A stretch of 44,512 bases of DNA, taken from positions 1 through 44,512 of the forward strand of contig JAPDFW010000051.1 in assembly GCA_028826165.1 (NCBI GenBank), in the 5' to 3' direction. This document shows positions 32,991 through 43,093 of the stretch, piece by piece. The DNA is from Anaeramoeba ignava BMAN (lineage: Eukaryota > Protista > Anaeramoebae). A program made the position numbers and the translations under genes. Below the pieces are notes generated by a model. It was not told where the DNA came from. It was given only the letters and a program-made list of their open reading frames with translations, and did not search any database. Numbering within the stretch: the stretch's first letter is position 1; each line of letters opens with the position of its first letter.

Positions 32991-35900
32991 TTAATCTCTT
33001 TTAGTTTGTTTGATTTCAGGATCTGGAATGTAAATTGATCTTGAATAAACGTATGGAGAGAATGGTTTTCTCTTTACGATTCTTCCATGTTTTGTATCAA
33101 CATTAATTTTTGGATTTTTCCAATCAATTTTTCCATCAACAAATTGATGTTCACAAGCAATAACACCTCTTGAAATTGTCATAATTGGAACTCCAGTAAT
33201 TTCCATTCCTTCAAACCTAAATTTTATTTAATTTTAATTTTATATTTAATTTTTAATTTTTAATTTTATATTTAATTTTAATTTTAATTTTAATTTTAAT
33301 TTTTTTTTACATGTTGTATTCAATGTATGAATGATGTGTTTTTCCTGAAATAACTCTAGTTGCTTTTGGATCCCAAATTGCAATATCTGCATCAGCTCCT
33401 TCACGAATAACTCCTTTTTGTGGGAAAACATTGAAAATCTTAGCTGCATTTGTACTAAATTTTTTAATTAAATATTTTTAATTTAATATTTTAATTTAAT
33501 ATTTTAATTTAATATTTTAATTTAATATTTTAAGATAATATTTTAATTAATTTTTTAAGATAATTTACCTTGTAATAGCAACAAAATCACGACGAGAAAT
33601 TTTTCCTGAATTAACACCAAGTTGCCACTAAATAAATATTAAATAAATATTAAATATTAAATAAATATTAAATAAATATTAAATAAATATTAAATAAATA
33701 TTAAATAAATATTAAATAAATATTAAATAAATATTAAATATTAAATAAATATTAAATAAATATTAAATAAATATTAAATAAATATTAAATAAATATTAAA
33801 TAAATATTAAATAAATATTAAATAAATATTAAATAAATATTAAATAAATATTAAATATTAAATAAATATTAATTAAATATTAAATAATTATTAAATAAAT
33901 ATTAAATAATTATTAAATAAATATTAAATAAATATTTACAAGAACAGATGGTCTATCTTCAATTCCTCCACAACCATTAGGGATTTTTCTAAATTTAAAA
34001 AATAAAAAATTATATTCATTTCATAAATAAAATAATTAATACCTGAAATCATTGAATCCCATTCTCTTTTGTTTGTAATCAAAAACACAATGATCTGTTC
34101 CTGTTGTTGAAATAACTCCATTTTGAATGTGTTGCCATAAAGCTTTTTGATGTAATTTGGGTCTGAAAGGTGGACTCATAACATGTGCAGCAGCAACATC
34201 GAAATCCTTATCCCCTTTTATATAAAAAATTTAATTGAAAAATTTAATTGAAAAAAAAAAAGGTGAAAAAAAAACTGTCAAATTTTTTACAATAAGCTGA
34301 ATCATCTTTTGACAAATGAGTTGCAAGTGCTGTTAATTATTATTTTTGTTTAATATCAAAAATTTATTTTCATTTTCATTAGTTTTGTAATTAATTAATT
34401 GATAATTATATTCTTTTTTTTTTAGAATATTTACATTCTCCAAAACAAACCTAAATAAAAAAGAAAAAATTTTTGGAAAATGAATTAATTAAAATTAAAA
34501 ATAAAAAATAATTTAAATAAAATTTACTTGTCCATCTTGTTTAGCTCTTTAATTTATAGAGAAAGAAAATTTAATAAAAATTTAATAAAAATTTAATAAA
34601 AAATAATAAGAATTTAATAAAAATTTACCTCATAATTGCATCACTTGCTTCTTTGCAACTAACATGAACAACATATAAAGGAGCTAAAAATCAAAAAATC
34701 AAAAATCAAAATTAAAAAAAAAAAGTGGAATAAAAAATTTTTTACCATTTGCTAATCTAATAAATAATAAATAATAAATAATAAATAATAAATATTAAAA
34801 TATAAAAATTAATTCACCTTGCAATCATTAATGCTCTATTAGTTGCCTAATTATTAAATTAAATTAAAATAAAATTAAAAAAAGTGGATTTAATTTGATT
34901 TGATTTGATTTGATTTAATTTCTTACTTCTCCTTCAAGATAAGATGGTCTAGAAAGTGCATGAGCTTCTGGTCCCATAATTCCACGTTCAACCATATTAT
35001 TACATCCTTCAACAACCAAATCTCCATTCTAAAAAAAAAAAATCAAAAACAAGAAATTTGTTTGTAAAAATTTTTAGAGAATTTTTTTTTTTGTAAATTT
35101 TTTTTACTTCTGCATGAACTTGACAAAGAGCTCCTAATTCTGCACATCTTTTGAAACTTTGGAAGAGATAAGAATCTTCGAGTTGAAGAATTCCTTTCTA
35201 AATATTTTCCAATTACAAAAAAAATAATAAAAGAAATTTTTGAATAAAAAAAAAATAATGAAAAATTTACATAAGCAAGAAAGTGTTTAAAAGAATTGAT
35301 TCCATAATCTTTGACGCAAATTTCTATTTTAAGATTATTTTTAAGTTTAAAAACAATTAAAAGAATAAATTTAAATTAAAAAATAATAATAAATTTTTAC
35401 CAAGTTCTTTTCCAATTTGTTCATTATAAGCAACAACACACATATGATGAGAAACTATAAAATAAAACAAATTAAAATCAAAATCAAAATTATTATAAAT
35501 ATTAATATTAAAATTACCATCGCAATGAATTCTATCTGTAGCCCATTCCATCCATGTTTTATAAGCATCAACTAAACTTGGATTTGATTTAGAAGGACAA
35601 ATAAAATCAATTAACTAATTATTTAAAAAAATTTTAATCAACATAAATTGAACTTTAATCCAAATTTCCTTTTTGTTTCTTTTTTAAATTAATTTAAATT
35701 AATTTTTTTTTGTTTACCAATGTTGATCCCTAAAAATAAAAATAAATAAAAATAAAAATAAATTAAATTTAAATTTAAATTTAAATTTAAAATTAAAAAT
35801 TACTCCAATAATTGCCATCTTTGTTCCATTTGGATCTTTTTAAAAAAAAAAAAAAGCAAAAAAAAAAAAAATTAATCAAAAATTTTTCTTAAATTCGAAA

Positions 35901-36523
35901 ATTGAGAAAAAGAAAAAAAATTTACAATCATCTTTTGCATAAGTTCTATTTATTTTGATTATTTAAAATAAAATTAGTAAAAAATTTATTATTAAATAAA
36001 TTATAATAAATAATATTTACCCTCCAAAAGGCTAAATTAAGAAAGAAGAATAAAGAAGAATAAAAATTAATTTATTCTGTAATTTAAATTTATTTAAGAA
36101 AATTTGTTACCATTTGCATGTGAGTATGAGGATCTAATTAAAAGAAAAAAAGAAATTTGATTGTTTAAAAAAGATTGAGAAAAAGTTTTAAAAATAATAT
36201 TTTAAAGGATAACTTACCAATTCCACCTGGAAGTCTTTTATTTGGAATAGCCAATAAATAAAAAGAAAAAAAAAGAGAAAAAAAGAAAAAAAGCAAAAAA
36301 AATTTAATTATTAAAATAAAAAGAGGAAGAATAAAGTAAAATTTAATTTTAAATTGGTTTTTTACAAATATTTTCCAGTACAATCAATGACTTTAACATT
36401 TTCTTCAACTTTAATTTCTTTATCAACTTTGACAATTATTCCATTATCAATTAAAACATCAACATCAGGAATTTCTTCATCTGCATTAATAATAGTTCCT
36501 TTTTTCAATAAAATCTTAGACAT
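32991..36523 (-). CDS. DPYS: Dihydropyrimidinase (cyclic amidohydrolase), 23 exons / 22 GT-AG introns, 1488-nt CDS (495 aa)
   Basis: Manually spliced exons: 36523-36366, 36234-36218, 36133-36111, 36031-36021, 35945-35926, 35835-35804, 35729-35718, 35614-35518, 35454-35401, 35323-35271, 35197-35108, 35028-34927, 34846-34818, 34756-34746, 34683-34629, 34546-34528, 34450-34435, 34329-34291, 34214-34043, 33988-33940, 33627-33569, 33454-33311, 33216-32991. These give one open frame containing [78 protein letters not shown] and [11 protein letters not shown]. Confidence 0.95.
33630..33936. repeat. 12-bp minisatellite (AAATAAATATTA-type) in dihydropyrimidinase intron 20
   Basis: Direct reading. Confidence 0.92.
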
Positions 36524-36830
36524 TTTTTTTTTATTGAAAAGAAAAAATGAAAATTAAAAAAATTGAAAAAATAATTTTTTAAATGAGAAAAATTTCTAAT
36601 TATTTTTAAATTTAAATTTTAAATTATTTTTTAAAAGGTAAAGTTAATTAAATTTAATTTATTTTTAGAAGAAAATTTAAATAATCCAAAAAAAAAATAA
36701 TTATTCTATTTTTTTAGTAATAAATTGAATAAAATTAATAATAAATAAAAATTTTTATTTATTTTTCCAAATCATTTTTTCATTTTTTCATTTTTTCTTT
36801 TCAATAAAAATCAAATAAAAAAAAAATCAA

Positions 36831-37166
36831 ATGGAATTTCTTTCAAAAATATTTCAAACAAAAAATACAAAAATCAATACAATTGTTACAAATAAATTAT
36901 TAGTGACACCATTAGTTCGTTATTTAAGCACAAGTATTCAAGAAGAAATCAAAAAAGTGATTGATACAAAAATCAAACCAGGAATTCAAATGGATGGAGG
37001 AGATGTTAAAATGGTTGGATTTGATGAAAAAACTGGAGTTTTAGAAATTCAACTTAGTGGTGCTTGTTCAACTTGTCCAATGAAGCAATTTACTCTTAAA
37101 CAAGGAATTGAAAGAATTATGAAATATTATGTTCCTTCAGTTAAAAAAGTTAAAGAAGTTTTATAA
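36831..37166 (+). CDS. NFU1: NifU C-terminal domain Fe-S cluster carrier (Nfu) with predicted mitochondrial/hydrogenosomal presequence (111 aa)
   Basis: IKPGIQMDGGDV...IQLSGACSTCPMKQFTLKQGIER (CxxC). The ~33-aa leader is basic/hydroxylated, has no acidic residues after E2, and ends VRYLST. Confidence 0.9.
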   Translation: MEFLSKIFQTKNTKINTIVTNKLLVTPLVRYLSTSIQEEIKKVIDTKIKPGIQMDGGDVKMVGFDEKTGVLEIQLSGACSTCPMKQFTLKQGIERIMKYYVPSVKKVKEVL

Positions 37167-37329
37167 TTCCTTTCTTTTATTTTCTCCACTTTTTTCTTAT
37201 TACAAACCAAACAAAAAGAAAATTGATTTTTTTTGAAAATTTCCAATTATTTCAAATTTAGGAAAGGATTAATAAATAAAACCATTTAAAATTACATTTA
37301 GAAATTTAGAAATTAATTTTAATAAATAT

Positions 37330-37918
37330 AATAATAAATTTAATAATAATTTTAATAATAATTTTAATAATAATTTTAATAATAATTTTAATAATAATTT
37401 TAATAATAAATTTAATAATAAATTTAATAATAATTTTAATAATAATTTTAATAATAAATTTAATAATAAATTTAATAATAATTTTAATAAATAATTTTAA
37501 TAATAATTTTAATAATAATTTTAATAATAAATTTAATAATAATTTTAATAATAATTTTAATAATAATTTTAATAATAATTTTAATAATAATTTTAATAAT
37601 AATTTTAATAATAATTTTAATAATAATTTTAATAATAATTTTAATAATAATTTTAATAATAATTTTAATAATAAATTTAATAATAATTTTAATAATAATT
37701 TTAATAATAAATTTAATAATAATTTTAATAATAATTTTAATAATAAATTTAATAATAATTTTAATAATAAATTTATCAAAAATTTTAATAATAATTTTAA
37801 TAATAAATTTATTAATAAATTTAATAATAATTTTGTAAATAATTTTGTAAATAATTTTAATAATAATTTTAATAATAATTTTAATAATAATTTTAATAAT
37901 AATTTTAATAATAAATTT
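37330..37918. repeat. 12-bp intergenic minisatellite (AATAATAATTTT)n
   Basis: Direct reading. It is the source of the spurious LLKL-repeat ORF 37306..37923. Confidence 0.95.
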
Positions 37919-37987
37919 ATCAAAAATTTTTCACTTTTTCATTTTTTTCAATTTTTTCATTTTTTTCATTTCATTTTCTCTTTTTTA

Positions 37988-39408
37988 ATGGAAACAACAA
38001 AATATTTTCTAATAACAAATGATCAATTCAATCCAATATATCGAGATTTACCAGAAAATACTTCAATAGAATCATTTATATTTTCATTAAATTTTTTCAC
38101 TGAAATTTTACATGAAAACGCATCAATAATAAAATTTGGGGATTTCAAAGTAGTAATAATAACATCACAAGATTTAATCTTCCTTGTGATGAGCAAAGGA
38201 AATGAATCAGATGCATCACTTAGGAAACAGCTAACAATAGTGCAGAATTTATTTGATCTCGCTTTTTGGAAAGCAATTTCTTGTAAATGTTTCATTAAAT
38301 AGAAGTAGAATTCCAATTCAAGCTCAACCGAAAATGAGAGTTCTAATTGATGCCTTAATAAACCTCAGTAACAACCATCAGCATTTCTTGGTTCATGCGG
38401 TTCACAAGATCGAAAAGCAAAATTTGGCAGAAACTATTAAGGAAAAACTACTTCCAATAATTCAAGAAAATGAATCAATTATTCAAATACTTTTTTTTGT
38501 GGATACAAAATTATTGATTCAATTGAATTCAAATCACAAACCAAGAATCAAAATTTCATCAGAAGATATTTTCCCTCTTGCTGATTTATATCCATGCTGT
38601 TCTTGACTATGAACAGCTTACATCGTCAGAAAAATTCGATGATGTTCCTTTGGAAACAAGTGAAAATGAAAGTGTTGATTTTTCAAATGAAATCCCAATA
38701 AATGATTGTGATGAAGAATTATACTTTCGGCTACCAAATCATCAGCCGTTAAGAGTGTATTCGGCAAAAACAACAAGTAACACGAAGTTAGTGTTAATAT
38801 TGAGACAAAATAGTTCGCTAAGCACTGAAAATCTGCGCGAAATTGCGCATCGTTTTAGATATTCAGTTCGTCATCATGTTGAATGCTTGTCAATTCCTTC
38901 ATTCACTATTCTTCCTTATGTCTCAAAATATCCAGGAATTATCCACTTTATTTTTGTGGATCGCAACAGAAATAGAGTTATTGCACCTGATTTTACTTCT
39001 CTTCATGAAGTTTATAAAATAGAAACTCCAAATATTGAAAATATGTCAAAAAATTATATCAAATCAAAAGTTTGGGATCTTTCTTCTCATGCTCAAACCT
39101 TTCTTGAAAAAGGTTTTCATTCAATGATGATGAGAGTTGGTCCCTTTTTTTACTGCTATAGAATGTGGTTTGAAAACAAAGAAGGTGAAAAACTTCTTAT
39201 CAATGAAAAACTACCAAGTCTTGAAAATTTAAGTCAAGAAAATAGTTTTCATATTCAAACGATCCAAAAATTATTTCGTTCAAAAAAGGTTTATTGTTAT
39301 GAGATTTATACTTTATATTCTGCTGCTTTATCTTCAGAAACTGCCGCAAATTTCAATAACTGTTTAATTTCTGATTTATTTTCTTATTTTATGGATTCAA
39401 AAAATTAG
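37988..39408 (+). CDS. HPS1: HPS1-like tri-longin protein (BLOC-3 subunit; Mon1/Fuzzy/HPS1 family), intronless, with two frameshifts (~38265, ~38575)
   Basis: N-terminal longin (LIFLVMSKGNESDASLRKQL...LFG), HFLVHAVHKI, YPGIIHFIFVDRNRNRVIAP (HPS1 PGLVHFIYVDR motif), FFYCYRMWFEN and VYCYEIYTLY. Confidence 0.75.
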
Positions 39409-39455
39409 TTCAATAAAAATTTTTTTCATTTTTTTCATTTTTTTCTTTTTTGAAA

Positions 39456-40882
39456 ATGTCAAAATTTTATGCTGTTCGTGTTGGAAGACAAACTGGTATT
39501 TTTTTTTCTTGGTTAGATTGTGAAAAACAAGTTAAAGGTTTTCCAAAAGCTGTTTATAAATCATTTAAAACTTTATCAGAAGCTGAAAATTTTCTTTCAA
39601 ATAATCCAAATTTATCAAAAAATCAAAATATAAATTCAAATCAAAATATAAAATCAATTCAAAATATAAATTATCAGCCAAACATTTCTATTTCAAAAAT
39701 TCAAAATTTAAATTCAATTCCAAATATAAATTCAATTCCAAATTTATCAAGAAACCAAAATATAAATTCAATTCAAAATTTATCAACAAACCAAAATTTA
39801 AATTCAATTCCAAATATATCAAGAAACCAAAATATAAATTCAATTCCAAATATAAATTCAATTCCAAATATAAATTCAATTCCAAATTTATCAACAAATC
39901 AAAATATAAATTCAATTCAAAATTTATCAACAAACCAAAATAATATTCAAAATATAAATTCAATTCCAAATAATATTCAAAATTTAAAATCAATTCAAAA
40001 TTTAAAATCAATTCAAAATTTAAAATCAATTCAAAATTTATCAACAATTCCAAATTTATCAACAAATCCAAATAATATTCAAAATATAAATTCAATTCCA
40101 AATAATATTCAAAATTTAAATTCAATTCAAAATTTAAAATCAATTCCAAATTTATCAACAAATCAAAATAATATTCAAAATATAAATTCAATTCCAAATA
40201 ATATTCAAAATATAAATTCAATCCAAAATTTAAATTCAATTCAAAATTTATCCAAAATAAGACCTGAAAAAAAAAGAAAAGAAAATGAATTCCTTGAAGT
40301 ATTTACAGATGGAGCTTGTCAAGCAAATGGAACAAAAAGAGCAAAAGGAGGAATAGGAATTTTTTGGAAAGAAACTCAAGGCAAGTTATTTATTCTCAAA
40401 CAAAACAAAAATATAATAACTTAAAATTGAAATAAAATTAATATTAATAGGTCTTAATTTGGAAAATGTTTCAAAACCACTTGAAAGTAAAAAAAAAATT
40501 ATTTTTGAAAATTAAAAAAAAATTAAATTCAAAATGAAAAAAATAGAAAAACAAACAAATAATTCGGCAGAACTTACTGCAATTTTAGAAGCAATTAAAA
40601 TGTGTCCAAAAAATAAAAATCTTAATATCTTTTCAGATTCTCAATATTCAATTAATTGTATTACAAAAATGGAGTAAAAAATGGAAGAAAAATAGATGGA
40701 AAACTACAAAAGGAAACAAAGTTGAAAACAAAGAATTAATTCAAGAAATTTTAAATGAAATATCAAAACATTCTGGAAAAATTAAATTTACTTATGTTGA
40801 AGGTCACAATAATGATTTTGGAAATGAAATGGCAGATTTTTTAGCAAAAAAAGGTGCTTTTGAAAATAGAAAAGAAAAATAG
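39456..40882 (+). CDS. RNASEH1: Ribonuclease H1 with hybrid-binding domain, repeat linker and catalytic domain. Exons 39456-40380, 40451-40486, 40547-40882, with one frameshift near 40667
   Basis: MSKFYAVRVGRQTGIFFSWLDCEKQVKGFPKAVYKSF; VFTDGACQANG...GGIGIFW; NVSKPLE; QTNNSAELTAI; IFSDSQYSINCIT; VEGHNNDFGNEMADFLAKKGA. All four catalytic acidic residues are present. Confidence 0.95.
39600..40258 (+). repeat. Coding 18-bp (6-aa) repeat linker, IQNLNS/IPNINS/NQNINS
   Basis: Translation of the 39450..40424 ORF. Confidence 0.9.
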
Positions 40883-40979
40883 AAAAATAATTTTTTTTGT
40901 TCCACTTTTTTTTTTAATAAAAATAGAAAAATAATATTTTTTTTTTGTTTGTTTGTTTATTTGATTTTGTTTTTTTTTA

Positions 40980-43017
40980 TTAAAATCCCCAAAATTTTAT
41001 TGTTCCATCTTCACTATAAGTAACTAATAATGATTTTTGTGGATGATGAACAATTCCAACAACTTCTTTTTCATGACCAATAAATTGATGTTCCAAATTA
41101 TTTGTAATTAAACTAAAACAAAAAATAGTTCCCGATTCATCAACAGCATAAATCCAAGTTCCTTTAGCAGAAACACAAGCAGCAACAAAATCTTTTGGTT
41201 GATTAGTCTTTATAGTTGGAGATGAAAAAATTTGTGAAATGGATCCACTTTGATCAATAATGAACAAATGAGGAGAACGATTACAAACAAGAATTTTGCC
41301 TTTTTTTTCAGGAATAAATTGAATTGAATAAAGAGTTGCATCATCTTTTGCTTGTAATTCCAACGTATTAAGATCCATTCCTTTTATCTTCTCTTGATCA
41401 ACCTGTGCCAATTTTGGAAGATGGAAAATTGACAAACATTGTTCTGATTTGATGTCCCAAATCCTAATTGATCCATCACTTGATCCACTGAGCAAAATTG
41501 TTCCACTTTTTGGAATAAGAATTGAATTTACAAACGATTGATGTCCTCGAAATTCTTTTAGTTTGTTTCCTGATCTTAATCCATGAGAACGAATTAAAGA
41601 ATCAAAAGACCCACTCATAATCTCTAATTTTTCTGATAAAATTTCAAGACAAGTTATTCCTTGTGAATGAGCAGTTGGAATTTTTTTTAACAATTTTCCA
41701 GTTTCTATTGACCAAATCTAAAAAAGAAAAAAATAAAATTTTAAAAGAAAAAAGCAAAATTTAAAAAAAAGCAAATAAAAGTTCCAAATTCAAAATTTTT
41801 TACTTTTATTTCCCCATTTTGTGATCCTGATGCTAATAATTTACTATTATTACTAAATGCTAAACTTAATATTGCTGAATCATGTTTCATTAATCCATTT
41901 TCTTGAAATGCTAAATCGGGATGAATTTTGGCAATTTCAGGATCCCAAATCTCAATAAAACCTTGAATAGATCCAGTTGCAAAATATTTCCCGTTTGGAG
42001 AAAATAAAGCTTTTTCAGGATAAGAATTTTGGAACTAAAAAAAATAAATAAATCAATCAAATCAATTTAAATGGAATAAAAATTAAATAAAAATCTTATT
42101 ATTTACTTTTGATAGAATCAATAAATTTATCAGTACATTTTTCAACTTCTTCTGATAATCCAAAAACTTTTCCCTTGTTTGTGTTGTTGTTTTTCCATGA
42201 AAAGATCAAAAGGTCCTTCAATTTGACTTAATTGATAATGCTCATGTTGAAATTTCATTGATTGTTCAAGTAAAACAAGTAATCGAGAAGGTTGACCTTC
42301 TGTTAAATAAGAAGAAACTCCTAAAAAAAAAAATTGAATTATTTTTTAAAAAAGAAAAAAAAGTGGAACAAAAAAAGTGGAACAAAAAAAAATTTTTTTT
42401 TTGGATAAGAATAAAATGGAAATTAATAAATAAATACTATGAGAAAGTGTTGCTCTTCTTTTCTCACGAGTGATTCCTTCAGGATAAAAACGATTGAAGT
42501 GAGAAATTTGGTTCATTAATAATCTGTTTCAATTTAACAAATCTTTCTGGCGAATTTTCATACATAATTTTCATTGGTTTTGTTGATGAAAGAATACTAT
42601 TTGCCAATTCAAGTTCTTGAAGTTCAGCAAGTTCTAAAACAATTTGTTCGTTAAGATCAAATAGTAAATCGGTTGGTAAAGTTAATCCACTTAACATTTT
42701 AAGTACATCATCCCATTTTCCTTCTTGAATTGATAATGTGATTTTATCAACGGAATTCACTATATTTAAATATACTCCTGTTTCTTCTTGAATTGCTTGA
42801 AATGATTTAGGAAGATTATTCTCTTTCATAAATTGAAGAATCAATTTAATAACACTTTAATTTTTGATTTTTAATTTTTAATTTTAATTTTTAATTTTAA
42901 TTTTAATTTTAATTTTTAATTTTAATTTTAATTTTAATTTATTTTTATTTTAATTTTAATTTTTATTTTTAATTTTGATTTCAATATTAATTTTTACTCT
43001 CCAGAATCTATTTCCAT
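40980..43017 (-). CDS. SMU1: WD40 spliceosomal protein SMU1 (LisH-CTLH-WD40). Introns 42855-42997, 42321-42437, 42035-42106, 41718-41803, plus homopolymer frameshifts
   Basis: MEIDSGD|VIKLILQFMKENNL...LQEETGVYLNIV-like, GKWDDVL, LNEQIVLELAELQE, QPSRLLVLLEQSMKFQ, AHSQGITCL, RSHGLRSGNKLKEFRGHQSFVN, HEKEVVGIVHHPQKSLLVTYSEDGTIKFW. Confidence 0.93.
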
Positions 43018-43093
43018 TAAATTAAAAAAAATGAAAAAAATGAAAAAAATGAAAAATGAAAATTTCATTTTTTTTCTTTTCAAAAAATAAATT
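43018..43093. promoter_or_regulatory. 76-bp bidirectional promoter with back-to-back TCATTTT initiator-like repeats
   Basis: (AAAAAAATG)x3-4 followed by TTTCATTTTTTTTC, between divergent ATGs at 43017 (-) and 43094 (+). Confidence 0.55.

Noticed and set aside
33217-36365. Introner-type transposon or U12 origin for the 22 dihydropyrimidinase introns
   Set aside because: By eye there is no shared internal sequence or terminal inverted repeat among the introns, and none has AT-AC ends or the ATCCTT donor. An alignment would still be worth running.
37306-37923. 205-aa LLKL-repeat ORF, and similar IKIK/ILIL/MKMK ORFs at 17281, 27904, 27989, 30909, 32231, 32238, 43238 and 43290
   Set aside because: These are off-frame or antisense readings of micro- and minisatellites.
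39456-40882. RNase H as part of a retroelement or caulimovirus insertion
   Set aside because: It has cellular RNase H1 architecture with introns, and no reverse transcriptase, integrase or LTRs lie nearby.
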